Below, piece after piece: positions 40,238-53,400 of a stretch of 64,000 nt of DNA. Source of the stretch: Octopus bimaculoides (taxonomy: Eukaryota); assembly GCF_001194135.2 (NCBI RefSeq), contig NC_068988.1, forward strand, positions 5,011,512 through 5,075,511. Reading direction: 5' to 3'. Below the pieces are notes generated by a model. The model had not been told where the DNA came from. It ran no database searches and saw only the letters and a list, made by a program, of their open reading frames with translations. Position 1 is the first letter of the stretch, and the number at the start of each line of letters is the position of its first letter. A program made the position numbers and the translations under genes.

Positions 40238-40784
40238 GTGTGTGTGTGTGTGTGTGCATATATATATATAGTAAAATAAGGATTCAGATAAAATCGGCTA
40301 CTTGAAAAGATATGCACCAAGTAGGGATGGATGAACCTGTGGTTCCGGCCTACGGTTGATAAGTATCAAATAAGATATTCCGGTTGTGTACACAGAGAAA
40401 ACCCACCCTATGAGTATTTAGCGCCTACGAGCTGGTCCAAAGCACGCGTTACATTGAATTGTACGTTGTTTGTATACTCTATGGTGTCCGATAAGTCGTA
40501 AATCTCCTTGGTGTATTATAATCAAATGAATAATAACATACGATGGATAATTGTCAGCTCATTACACCTGTTTCTTACGCATTTTATTAAATAGAAGAAT
40601 GAGGACATTACTCCATTGCAAAATCCGTAATCATCAGATGAAATATAATGTATTGTAAAATTATGTTTCACTAATGATTACTGTTTTTGTAATGAAGTAA
40701 CGTTTTCATTCTTCTATCAAAAATGCGTAAGAAACAGCTGCAATAAGCTGACATTATCCATCGTCTGTTATTCATTTGATTGTA

Positions 40785-40840
<56 letters not shown>

Positions 40841-41050
40841 TACAATAGGTTACGCAGAATGGCAACAAAATTGGATATAATTGAATGCAGTAATCCATCA
40901 ATAGATAAGGTGTCGTGAATGAAGAAATCCCAAATCTAAGAGGGAATTGTAGAAGGATAAATAACTCACATAAAATTTCTTTTCTGGGTAAAACATTCCA
41001 GAACGTGGATTTTTCAGGGAAATCAAAAAACATTTTTCAAAATGTTTTGT

Positions 41051-41080
41051 ACTTACCTGAAAGTAGAACAAAGAAAACAT
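41051..41080 (-). other. Candidate recursive splice site (zero-length exon)
   Basis: The minus strand reads gttttctttgttctactttcag|gtaagtac, with the junction between 41057 and 41056. Confidence 0.35.
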
Positions 41081-43601
41081 TTAATTAAAATTAATTATAA
41101 CATTAAAAAAGTACTATTTAATTATAACATTAAATAAAGCACTATTTAACTTTTTAAAAATTAAAAAAAGATTATTCATGCATTAGACATTGCTTGTGTC
41201 TCATCTAAATGACACACTTAACAAGGACACAAATTTTCTTGCATCAACAACGCTGCCTTCTAATTCTAATTACTCATAAAATACAGAACTAACAGGAAGT
41301 GTTTGCTCACACTTGTCCTTGCCCGACCATCTCGGTTACTTTCTACTGGTTCTAAAGTACACCAACTTACTCGCCTCAATTTTCTACCTTAACTCATCTT
41401 TTCCAAATCTTAAGATCATCACTTTTTCGATACATCTTCCTTTTGTAATTAAGCCCTGTCCAGATCTTATCTTCAAACACTTCTCTGCAATATTCAAATC
41501 AGTATTATTAATAGCCCGACAGCCCTAGGGAACAAATGGAGAACATGATAGTGACTTCGAAGTCAGCATTGAAAACAGGTTCATATAAGCAATTCCTGTA
41601 TTTCATTTCCATAATTATATATACAATGCCATTAAGTGATATTACAGCGAGTTAATATATTTGATTTCGAGTAAATTTTTACAACAGAAAAACAAGCATT
41701 TGCATTTTGGTTATACCTCAAATAAATACGGTAAATAGATATTCTTGCATATTATCGTGTAAAATTATATGTGAATTATATGTATCAAGATTTAAATTGT
41801 GTAACAGTAAATATATAGCTAACTTCCAGTTAAAGACGATAATCTGTCACTGGGTAAATTTTGGAGAAAACATGACATGCACAGTGCGGCAAATGACAAT
41901 ATTCCATATCTATTTCATGATTAATACTTTGAGAATGGTATGAACATCACATAGTCGCTCATTATCTCATGAAACATATTAGAAACATATAACCCTGCTT
42001 TAGAAACATATACCCCACCACCCGCTTACAATAATCCAGGGCACCCTGTTTTGCATATTTCAGTACAAAACACAGGAAACATGAAAAATCAAATTTAACA
42101 GGACAAAAATACAAACCTGAATATGAAAGTGGTTCAGGTGATCTAGACAAAAACTTCAATACTCTGTAAAATTTGAATCACCTTTGAGTAACTTTATATT
42201 TTTCATGTGTAACTGGTTATGCATCACATTTTAAATCTTTGACATCGCCCCTATATTTAATAATGAGCTAATTAAAAACATACTGCAATAATATGTTTTC
42301 TATGATTGTTGGTACTTAGTTCGTTGAGTAACATCTCGTATCTTTATGTATTAGAATTAGAAACCATAACTTGTGTCCCGTCCTAGTGGTGGAAGGAGGA
42401 GTACAGAGATATGAATGCATTATATTATCGAGATACAATCACGGAATGAATCACAGAAATTCAACAAGCGGACGGACAGTTGTACTAGCGAAATGTATTG
42501 AAGAATGAGGGCAGCTCCAACGACAAGATACAAAGTACAGAGCATTCGACTGATTGGTAGAGTATCTGAATGAGTTGACCATTTGTAATCATAGATAGCC
42601 ACATGTATACTTGTGTATGTGCATGGGTGGGAAATGTGTGGGTGTATGTCTGTATGTGCTTTTATTTGATCACACACACACGAATGGTGAGTAGAAGGTG
42701 GCATAGTAAGCGAGCGACGAAGAACGTCATTTTATATGAAATAAACGGTTGATTACTGAAGCAGTTAAAGAATTATCTTTATCCATTTAGTTTCTCCATG
42801 ATTTTCTTCACGTAAACCTACTCCAGAAAATGATCGCTTAGATAAATAAAATTGTTCTTTAATAAAATATAACAAAATTAGTAGCGTCATTATTAAATAA
42901 GAATAAATTAGATAACGTTTTTTTTTATTAGCAGAGATCTGTACGGAAGTCGGAGAGCAGCAAAATCAGTTTATTATATTTCTACACGGCACGGTTACTT
43001 GTTTTAGAATAACAGCTTGCACACATCTTTTGTCTCTTACTTCTTCATGGACTTCTGTGAGGGTGGAATGCATGTGTGTCTGTTTAGACCATACGCTCAC
43101 ACATGTTGATTAGAGACACATTGTAGAAGAATAATGTTGGGATCTAATTCGCTGCAGTAGACGTAACCTAAAAGATCAATTTAGGAGTTCAATTCGCCGA
43201 TAAATCAACAATTCCCCTTCGCATTAAATTACACATTATCACACTTTGATGCTCTGTGTAATCTACTGTAGCAACTCACCTTTCATTGTATTAGCATGCA
43301 TGCATCCTTTTGTGCGTGTGTGCGTGTGAGTGTGAGTGTTTGTGTGTACGTGTGTGTGTGGTTACATTCCATATGATATAATTTTACAGTTTTGACAATA
43401 TTCCCAAAAAATACTTCATTTCAATACGTTGTTATATTCTTCTATTGGCATCCCGTCAATGTTTCTGTTACATTTTCTCAATTTGCCTCCGGCTTTATCA
43501 CTTCGCTTCACATTACAACTCTGATGCTGTTTAATATTAGCCAAATGTAATATCATTGTTTACATGCAGCCATATTAATCGCACACAATACACTGCAATT
43601 G

Positions 43602-43613
43602 TGCGCATGCGCA
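43602..43613. promoter_or_regulatory. Perfect NRF1/Erect-wing palindrome TGCGCATGCGCA
   Basis: Exact 12-bp consensus match. Function unknown. Confidence 0.35.
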
Positions 43614-43746
43614 TATTGTTGCTTTATCGGTGCCATGTATATTTAATTTATACAAAGCAAATAGATATCTCCGAATTATCATTAATAACGTACAGTGGAT
43701 GAAGAATTTTGAGGCCAGAAATCTAAAGTTAAGGATTACATATAAC

Positions 43747-44852
43747 CAGGGACCATAGTTGCCTTGAAAATGTGAGGGGGACAAACCAGCATTCGTTGAT
43801 TCTTAAAGGAGCATGTTAGTAGTGCTTATGGTGCCTTTTTCGGACCCTGTCACATTATATGAAATTTAATTAACGTAAAATTTTACTTTTCAAATGAATT
43901 TCAGATATATAAAAAATAAACTTAAAAAGAATTTATTATATCAAATAAACCAAAAATAAAACATAGATGTTTGAATAAAAAATATAAAGTAAATTTGTCT
44001 TTTAGAACTTTCCAAATATCTTGCATCATTGCTGTCAATAAATAATTTAGCAACTTCTTCACAACTAGTATTTTTCAAAACATTTTTACGAACGTGGAAT
44101 ATTAGAATACGATTCAACTTTTGCTGAGCCATGGTCGATCGTAGTCAAGTTTTGAGTCTCCGTAGAATGCTAAAAGATCTCTCAGCTTCACAAAAACTGG
44201 TTGAAAACAATAAAAGGAGCTTGAGCAACCGCTCAACATTTGCAAAAATGCGACGGACTTCTGGTTGCATTTCACCGAATATTTTCCGATGATCCTTGAG
44301 AGATGATCCACTATGATGATTTCCGTAAAAAGGCATTTCGTTCCCTAAAGAAAATTCATCAAGCTCTGGATACTGCATGATGATTTCAGCACAAACATTT
44401 CCATTGAGTAAAATATTGCTCAGTTTTTCATAATCTGCTAAATCCTGTGAGAAAAAATAATCTTTCAAATTTGCTATTGCAGCGTCCACTACCTGCAAAT
44501 ACTGCACTCTGTAATGATCCAAAACAGTGCAGTGTTGATATTTTAACAGATTTCCTTCCTGGTATCTTTTAGGGACTTTTCGTTGCCTGGGTAACTCCAA
44601 AGGAGAAATATCGAGTTGATAAATCATTCCTTCTGCTGTATTGAACAGCTCCTGAAATTTTTATTCACTGCGAAGATTTTGTAGCTCCCCCTGCACCAGT
44701 TTGACACTATACCATAGGCCACCTAGATTGACAGTGGTACTTTGTTTTTTAATTGGGGAAAAATAGGGGGGACAAAACATGGTTTATCCCTCGTTCCTGA
44801 AAAAGTGGGGGGAGCGGGACTTGTCCCATGGTCTCCTGAAACAAGGCCCTTG
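43747..44852 (-). mobile_element. Internally deleted hAT DNA transposon
   Basis: Ends are cagggacc (left) and caagggcc (right, reverse complement). Subterminal gggggacaaa motifs occur near both ends. The 8-bp flanks catataac and attataac match at 6/8. A transposase C-terminus lies inside. Confidence 0.8.
44002..44745 (-). pseudogene. hAT transposase C-terminal remnant (hAT dimerisation domain, ZMYM1-like type)
   Basis: ..VKLVQGELQNLRSE*KFQELF..LELPRQRKVPKRY..YRVQYLQVVDAAIANLKDYF..LLKLLLLFSTSFCEAERSFSILRRLKT*LRSTMAQQKLN..HVRK..FIDSNDAR. The EAERSFSxLRRLKTxLRSTM motif is diagnostic. Two in-frame stops are present. Confidence 0.9.
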
Positions 44853-44874
44853 ATTATAACTGTATTTGAAACCT

Positions 44875-44967
<93 letters not shown>

Positions 44968-47236
44968 GTGATACTGTTGTTGTTAACGTTTTCGGTAACA
45001 CGATATCATTTCAAACCGATACAAATGTTCAAGATTTGTCAACTTCAGAAGAAAATCAATCATTTATATTCAAGGTAACTAGGAATAAATGACGTTTAAA
45101 ATATTAGCAAACTATCTAGAATCATAGATTGGTCTATGACGATATATGTTATTCGATTAGTTGAAACTTCTCTATAAGAGTATATTATACTAAAAAAAAT
45201 AATTTTGATGACAACGACCGTACATAGTAATGGAATGGTTTATTCCATGAAACATGATTATAATTTCACTGGTTATTTTAACTACTCGTCAACTATCCAC
45301 GAATTTCAATAACTCATTTTTAATTAGATTACGCTGTTTATTTAGTCAACTCTTATAATTACTTAGAACACCTGCTGCAGGTTATCTATTGATCAGGGTA
45401 CCGAAGTATAGTTTAGTTTCGAGTACTCACACACAGGTTACTTTTCAAGTATAGTCTACATTAGAATATTCAAGTACCTTTAGTGGACCCCTTCAGAGTA
45501 CGGAGAGAGTACTTTTAAATGAGACTATTTTACGTAAAGCCACGTGTTAATATCTTTACTCCAACTGTTGCGGGTTGACTCCAGTTATGCTTCTCAGTTT
45601 ATATCTAATGATATAAACTCAGTAAAAGATCCTCCTATCCACAGATCTTTTCCGATAAACACCTGGATTTATGAAACGTAATTGCAATTCAAATTATTTA
45701 AAAAATTTTCTCCATAAAATATCTCTCACAATATTCAAAAGATTTCATAATTCAAAATGGCTAATGGCCGATGTTTGTATCGCTCTACTCAGGGTCTTTT
45801 TTCTGTTTAATTACAAACAAAAATAACATATTTTTGTTGATAGTTACAAAATTATTTGCTTAAGTAGACATATGCAAACACACACACTCCCTCTCTCTCA
45901 AACACACACACACGCACTCACACGCAGATAAATACGCTCGTACACACTTTACTCCGGGCTGACACGTAATCCTGATTGATAGTAAACCTATTTATTCGGT
46001 GCCCTTTGAATTTGTGGATTTAACATGTTGTGTTATAATCAATCTGACAAAACATTGACAAAGAGGAGTACTTTGATGGTTGGCTATGTTTGTATTTTAT
46101 CAATTGAAATCTACCAACTGGTTATGCTAGTTAGAATCTCAAGTTGATCTGCTTTTCGGATTTCAGAACACTTAATACCTTTTTATCGTTAATCCCTTAC
46201 ACAAATGATTCTCTTCTGTTTCCTCCTCTTTCTCTTCCGTGAATATTTACATTCCAAATAAAGAAGGGGAAACCAACCGGTGCATACTGCCTTCTCTTCC
46301 TCAAACCTGTCTGTAATAATTAAGTGCAGATCAATAAAGTTCTATAGCAGTGCACAATATCGATTGGTTTCTATATTAAAAGTAATATAGCTAAAATCAA
46401 ACTAATTAAATGAGTTGTCAGTTGTTTTGCTGTCGTCGCTTAAAACGAGAAATTAATCGGCTTTGAGTTTGTTTAACTCGGGGAGTACCAAGACGGAACA
46501 GTTTTGATCACAGGAGAGTTCCTGGAAGAGTTCGATAAGTTCAACTGCTGGGAGACAAAGAAAAATTGATAGTTGACGGGGTGGGAGGAAGGCCCTACTG
46601 TGTGTGTGCGTGTACGTGTGTTTTCAAGGAGTGCAGAAGAAAGAGAGAAAGACAGAGAAAGAGAGAGACAGTAACACTTGTTCTCTTGACTGCAAGCTAA
46701 TAAAGGGATTGAAAAGAACATATGATGAGAGGAAGACATGTAAAGGAAGAGGAGGGGTTGCGAGAGAGGTTGTAAGAGGGGATTTGAAGGGGAGGTAAAT
46801 GGAGGACGAAGAATGTGGAAATTAGGCAGGACGGTAGATGATGTTCATGTGAAGAGGGCTGGGGGGGTAATAAAATGTAATAAGCTAACGTGAAACAAAA
46901 ACACACACAGAGCAGATTGTTTTTAAAATGTTAAAATAAATCCATTCATAGAAATTATTTGTGAGTAAAATAGGTTGTGTTGAGAAAAATGATAGAGTGG
47001 TGGTGGAAGTAGAATAGGAATAAAAAGGGAAAGATCCAGAATGCGAGCGGGGTGCAGGGAGAAGGCACAGTCAAGGGAAGAAGTGGAACGGGTGGAAGTG
47101 TGTAGGAGAGTGAATGGTGAGTGAAGGCTTAGACTGTAAATAAAAATAGAATGAACAAAATTCTGAAAGTTAAAACGATCAGTTTGTAGATAATGCATGA
47201 ACATATAAACTTTGTTGTACACACAGACACACACAT

Positions 47237-47348
<112 letters not shown>

Positions 47349-47695
47349 TTGTATACACACACATATGTAGGATTTTTCTTTGAGTTTAACTTAAGTTTTT
47401 TCTTGAGAGTAGTCGAAAATAGTTGCTAGCAAAGCAACAAGACTTTCTGAGTTAAGAGAGTACTCAGTATTTGTAAACATGTGGTTGAGTTGGTATGTTG
47501 GTTGAACTGTCGGTGCATATACCCAAGTGTCTGCATCTATTCCCATGAAAATCTCACATGGATAACTTCTGGAATGTCTTACAAATCTTCATTGTGCCAC
47601 TAATAGATTAGATTTAGAGAATCCACTCTTTTATCATGAAACAAAGTGTTTCTTGGTTGTTGTGAAAATTTGTTGGTACATATGTAAGTATTAAA

Positions 47696-48143
47696 ATGAA
47701 GGATAGCAGGATCCCCTAAGCGGATTCTATATGGAGAACTTGTGAATAGAAAGATACCCCAGCAGAATCCAAGGCTGCGATTTACGGACTATGTCAAGTC
47801 CTCATTAAAGGCCTGTGATATGCAGGAGACCGACTAGGAGAGCAATGACTGCCATCGCCACAGATGGAGGAAGCAGGTTAAGGAGGGGGTTGACACCTTT
47901 GAGAGAGCACGTATTCAGCATGAAGAACTTAAGAGTGCTGCTCGAAAGCACACTGCTGGTGTGGTGAATGGGGAATGCTTGGTTTGGTTTGCAATGTTTG
48001 CAGTCGTGTATGCTTGTCAAGAGCAGGGCTCATTAGCCACCAACGGAGCCGCAAATGCGAAATATAAGTTAGTCCTAGAGCGCACAATGTTCCTAAAGGT
48101 CAGCAATAGTCTTCCTCAGTCACTAGTGGACGGCTATCATCAT
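47696..48143 (+). mobile_element. 3' end of an RTE-clade LINE, 5'-truncated
   Basis: Translates across frameshifts as MKDSRIPKRILYGELVNRKIPQQNPRLRFTDYVKSSLKACDM..*..RHRWRKQVKEGVDTFE..CNVCSRVCLSRAGLISHQRSRKCEI*. This is the RTE C-terminal pattern RIPKxxLYGEL..R.R..D..K..L..DRxxWR..CxxC..GLxSH. A short 3' UTR ends in atcatcat. Confidence 0.9.
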
Positions 48144-48754
48144 GTAAGTATTTATGTATGTATGTGTCTACAAACACTTCCACATTTACTGAAAATAAAG
48201 GGAGAGGATGACTCCGGAAGAGTGTAAAAAGATGAGGGTGAGAAATAGAAAAAAAGGAAGTCCAGTTTATATTCTACAGAGCAGTTTCCTGTGTTAAAGA
48301 CATTTGTTTGTGGAAATGAAGGGTAAGTATGAGCATTTTAAATGTTCACTCTTTGTCTCTTATCAGAGATAGGATTAAGAGAAGGTCTCAAGTTCGGTGA
48401 GAGAAGGGTCAAGGAAACTCCTGACGTGAAGTTCACATACATGTTTGTCTCTTTTGAAGGAAAGTATGGCTGCTCAGTGAAGCTAGGAGTAGCGCCTACG
48501 ACGAGTTGGGGGTGCCACGAGAAAAGAAAGTGATGCATTTACTTTGAGTTGATATCCGAAAAGGGAGTATTTAATACAGAAACAGCACAAACACAAAGGA
48601 AATATGAGATTGTTGGTGTGTAGAAAACTGTTTTTGTCATCATAAAGTAGGATTGTATGTTGATAACGACCTCCCGAAATAGGGAATTATATAACCGCTA
48701 CTCGCAAGCTAAAGTACCTTGCCAATTTATATCCAAAATAAATTTGCCAAAAGA

Positions 48755-48929
48755 CGCCATTTTGACCTTGATCCTAATGAAATCCTATCCTTGAGCCCTA
48801 TAATTGTCTATGTATGGAAATTGCAAGTACAAATGTAAAATGAAACCAAAATAGCTTTTCTGAGAATTGAACCTATATCGTTAAATACTGTTCCATGGGA
48901 ACTCATAACGCTGCCATTACAAGATGGCG
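48755..48929. promoter_or_regulatory. Divergent pair of YY1/Pho consensus motifs
   Basis: CGCCATTTTG (48755-48764) and CAAGATGGCG (48920-48929). Confidence 0.3.
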
Positions 48930-49266
48930 CTCATACGCATCATAGCATAATAAAATTTTAATGTTAGAAATGATAATGTTTTCCATGCTTCTGGACCTAT
49001 TTTGTCTCATATTATATATTGTTATGCTTTCTTGACTGAAGCTTACTAATTAAGGAAAAATGCCCACTGTACCGCTGATCAATTAGGCTGCATTAGTTTC
49101 GATGTGAATTTCAGTTATTGATTTTTTTAAGCTAAAATACTAATGCAGCCAAAATATCGGAAATTCACGTCAGACTTGATAGAAAATGATTTCGGCGTAT
49201 GAAGGATGAATAATAATGACGTTATGGTACACTAATGTAAAAGTAAAACTATATCCACACACACAC

Positions 49267-49300
<34 letters not shown>

Positions 49301-49514
49301 NNNNNNNNNNNNNNNNNNNNNNNNNNNNNNNNNNNNNNNNNNNNNNNNNNNNNNNNNNNNNNNNNNNNNNNNNNNNNNNNNNNNNNNNNNNNNNNNNNNN
49401 NNNNNNNNNNNNNNNNNNNNNNNNNNNNNNNNNNNNNNNNNNNNNNNNNNNNNNNNNNNNNNNNNNNNNNNNNNNNNNNNNNNNNNNNNNNNNNNNNNNN
49501 NNNNNNNNNNNNNN

Positions 49515-49545
<31 letters not shown>

Positions 49546-50035
49546 ATATATATATATATAAACACATCACACGCATACATACACGGAAGAATTTGAATAA
49601 CAGAGAGAGAGAAAGGAAACAGAGTTAGAGAGAGAGAATGACTGTGCTGGTATATGTGCGAGTGTAAGTATTTGTATGTGAATAGAAATGAGAGAGAATA
49701 TGGCAGAAGTATGTAGGTGATAGCTAAGACGTTAGTGCATGTGGTGGAGGGGGACGACTCTGAAAGCGTTCGTGTGTCTACAAATAATTATCAGGACGTT
49801 CATATAATTTGTAGATTTCTGCAATAAAAGAAAGAGTACGTTTATGATAATGTGACTGTGCAGGCAGAGAGGTGGGCGTGGGGGAGATATTACGCATAGC
49901 ATAGAGGGATGTGTATGTAATTATGACACCACAAGTGTGAAGAGAAGGGAAAACATTATCTCTAATGTAGGAATGTTCTATTATTCAGTGTTGTGGTTGC
50001 TCTACACAGATATGCATACAACTATTCACTTACAA

Positions 50036-50073
<38 letters not shown>

Positions 50074-52027
50074 ATTCTCTTTCTCCCTCCCTCATGTCTT
50101 TTTCTTTTTGTGTCGGTAGATAATGTGTGTGTGTGCAAGTATGTATGTATATAAATTTCCCATTTAATTTATGGCTGATTTTTACATAACAGTTAGTGGT
50201 TGGCGCTGTTTCTCTTCAGTTAATGTTTACTGTTATCAACTGAAGAATGTCATAATATCATTGAAATATATTTTTATTAACAAAGACAGAACAAATATTT
50301 GAAGTTTCAACACAACTCCATTACCCCATCCCTCACACTTTATTCGAAGAAAAAAAATATTTTCAATGAATATTTTAAAATGTTGTAACGTTCATTATCC
50401 GCCTTATTTGATACATTTAGATTTTCTCTTTTTTTTTTCTTTTACTTCTTTTAATTACAGCAGCATGAGATTTGCTTGCTCCTACTAATAAGCGATGAGC
50501 AATTTGATCTTTTTATTTTTCTTTCCTCTTAACCACTTCTTGCTTCCTCTCCTACTTCCTAAGTGGCTTTTCTCTTCCCCTTCCTCTTTCCTCGATAGCA
50601 TGTAATGTTTAAATAAGCTAGCGTTCGTGTTGCGGCCTGTTAACTTCACAAGTCACTCAGTATTCCGTTACAGCTGACATTCCATCTGTGTCTTACACAC
50701 ATTCTGCAATTCTATCGACATCAGCCGCCACCGCCCCGCGTCTTGTTCGGTGGCTCATCTTTTTATTTGTTGATCTCCCGTTGACATGTCATTAGTGGTG
50801 AGGTTGACATAGGATGCTCCACAACAATGACTAAAGCAGCTTGAGATGATGAGGAGGGGGTGAGAGAAACTGTAGTGAGTTAAACGAAGACGAAAAGGGT
50901 AGGAAGGGAGAGGATAAGAACAAGAAGTGGAGAGAAAAATACAAGTATCAAGAGAAAGAAGAGCCAAAATATTAAAAAAAATTAGAATTGTGAATTAAAT
51001 GAAAGAGTAAAAGTTGTATTAGGTATTGTAACAATGGTAGAAGTTGTGGCAGTGAGTTTTCAAAGTTATTGACAAGAAGTCTCAAAGAGAAATAAAGGAG
51101 AATAGAATTTGTGAATGAAATTATGTGTGCCGAAGATGGCGGTTATACAAATATTCCCCCAGTTTTCTATTGTCGTCTGTTTCTTTGATTCTAAAATTGC
51201 TTTGTTTGTATGGCAGTTTCAGAAACTATGACTAAATAATAAACTGGTGTTTACAAAGCAACCGGCAATTAAGGTAGCCATTTTGTGGTTAGGACTATCA
51301 TCTAACCGAGCCGCTATATAACTACCTTCAGTTCTATAGAGTGCCACAAATTTCACTCTAGTTGTTTATAATGAGTGATATTGTCTGCAGATTTCACAAA
51401 TATATAATTTCAAACTTTTGAGAAAATATTTCAGACGAATAATTATTGTTTTCTTTTGGGGTTTCTTAGGTCTCTTTTTTTTTAATAAGCAAACTGTCAT
51501 TTTCTTTTCAGGAGCGGAGCAGAATATTAAGATCAATTCAACCATAATATATAACTGTCATTTATTGTTTTGATTCCAGAACAATAAGTTGACCACAATC
51601 GCGTTTTGAAATGTAGAAACTTAAGGATATAGCCAATACTGTTAACTTAGCTCATATCAAACTTTGATGTATGAAATTTCTAGATTTATACGATGGTTAC
51701 TTTATAGGCTACTAAAATCTTTTGGACGCATTTAATCGAACTGCTCTTCAAGAAAAACACAATGAAATTTGTTGGAAAAATGCTTGTCTTTTTTTTAATG
51801 TTGTTATTTAAACAACCGCAGCTTTAAAAAGAAAAATAATATCAGCCGAAAAATAAACGTAAAATCAAAAATATTTTGTCTTGGATGGCAAAAATATAGC
51901 GTTGTCTCATTTAGAATTTTCAGTAAGTACAAGTTCAACTCCACGCTAAAAATACTTGCATTCAGAGAAAACAAAACATTCTCTGCACTTTTCAGTAATA
52001 ATTTGGATTTTGACAAATCTTGTAGAA

Positions 52028-52335
52028 GACGCGTGGCTTAATGGTTAGCGTATTGACTCATGATTGTAAGGTGGTGAGTTTGATACACGGCGATGCATTG
52101 TGGCCTTTTAGCAAGACACTTTATTTCACTTTGCTCCAGTCATCTCAGCTGGCAACACTGGGTAGTACCTGCATTTCAAATGTCACATTCTGTCTCACAT
52201 TGAATCTCCTTGAGAACTACATTAAGGGTACGCGTATTTATGGTGTACTCAGCCACTTGCACGATAATTTCACGAGCAGAATGTTCCAGTGATCGGATCA
52301 GCTAGAATACTTGTCATCGTAACCGACGGAGGACC
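52028..52335 (+). mobile_element. Full-length SINE family B
   Basis: gcgtggcttaatggttagcgtattgactcatgattgtaaggtggtgagtttga..agcaagacactttatttcac..ctcagccacttgcacgataatttcacgagc..cgtaaccgacgg. Confidence 0.9.
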
Positions 52336-53167
52336 AGTCATAGAAGAGACACGGTGCAATATTTCAGGGAAGACAAAAAGTAGTGGATTTCTTATGCGTT
52401 TTCACGTGGTTCTTTGTGATATTAGGAAAATGAAGTTAAATTACCCCAGCATTGAAACCCGTTCGATGTCTTGAATAAAGAAAGAGTTCCATCTTGATCT
52501 TTTTGTAACAAGATAATCCAAAGACTGCTTTTTCACAACACATGAAAAATATTGTTTACCCGTAGTTTTTAATAGATTACCTTGTGTTTTCTAAGTATTG
52601 GGTTGATGTTTGGCGCAGAAGAAAATTGATTTAGTAGCTTCAGTGTAGCGATGCTACTTGTTTATTGACCTTAGAGAAATGAAAACTGAGAGGAAACAGG
52701 TGAAACTAAATATATTTAAAACAGCACACGGCTGCTGCTTACATTATAATTAGTGATAGCTAGAAGTTCATCTTAATTACGTGTGTATGTAATTAAAAAT
52801 CCTAAACGTTGTCAAAAGACAACGTGATACTCTACCTGCATGCTTTTTAACATGACGTATTTGTCGCGCAAAGAACAGAAAACTGCCGTTTGATCTATTT
52901 CCTTAGCTACCACTTGAAAATTTATCTTGGAAAGCGTTACGAATTATCAAACCAAAATTTATATCTTATAACCTTATGAATTATCAATATGGTATTTCCT
53001 GTTCCAATTTTGCAATGAGATATGGAGAGAATATGATTTTTATATCTACAAATACTTAAACTACATGAAAATTGAAAGAAAGCGTGTCTAGCGTCTTCTT
53101 GAATGCACTATCACTAAAAGCTTCAAACTGCCAAGAATTTGGGTTTAACGTTTCCGCTTTATCAGTT

Positions 53168-53206
<39 letters not shown>

Positions 53207-53241
53207 TGAATTGTCTGAATGTATTTTGAAATATATGAAAA

Positions 53242-53400
53242 CCGGGCAAAATTCTAAGCAGTATTTCTTCGAATTTTATGTCGTGAGTTAAAATGCCACC
53301 GAGGTTGACTTTGCCTTTCATCCTTACGGGGTCGATGAAATAGTACCAGTTATGCACTGGAGTCGATGGATTATATGCACTGGGGTCGAAGGATTATATG
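53242..53400 (+). mobile_element. Partial SINE family A ending in a 23-bp tandem duplication
   Basis: ccgaggttgactttgcctttcatccttacggggtcgat. The duplicated units are 53351-53373 and 53374-53396. Confidence 0.8.
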
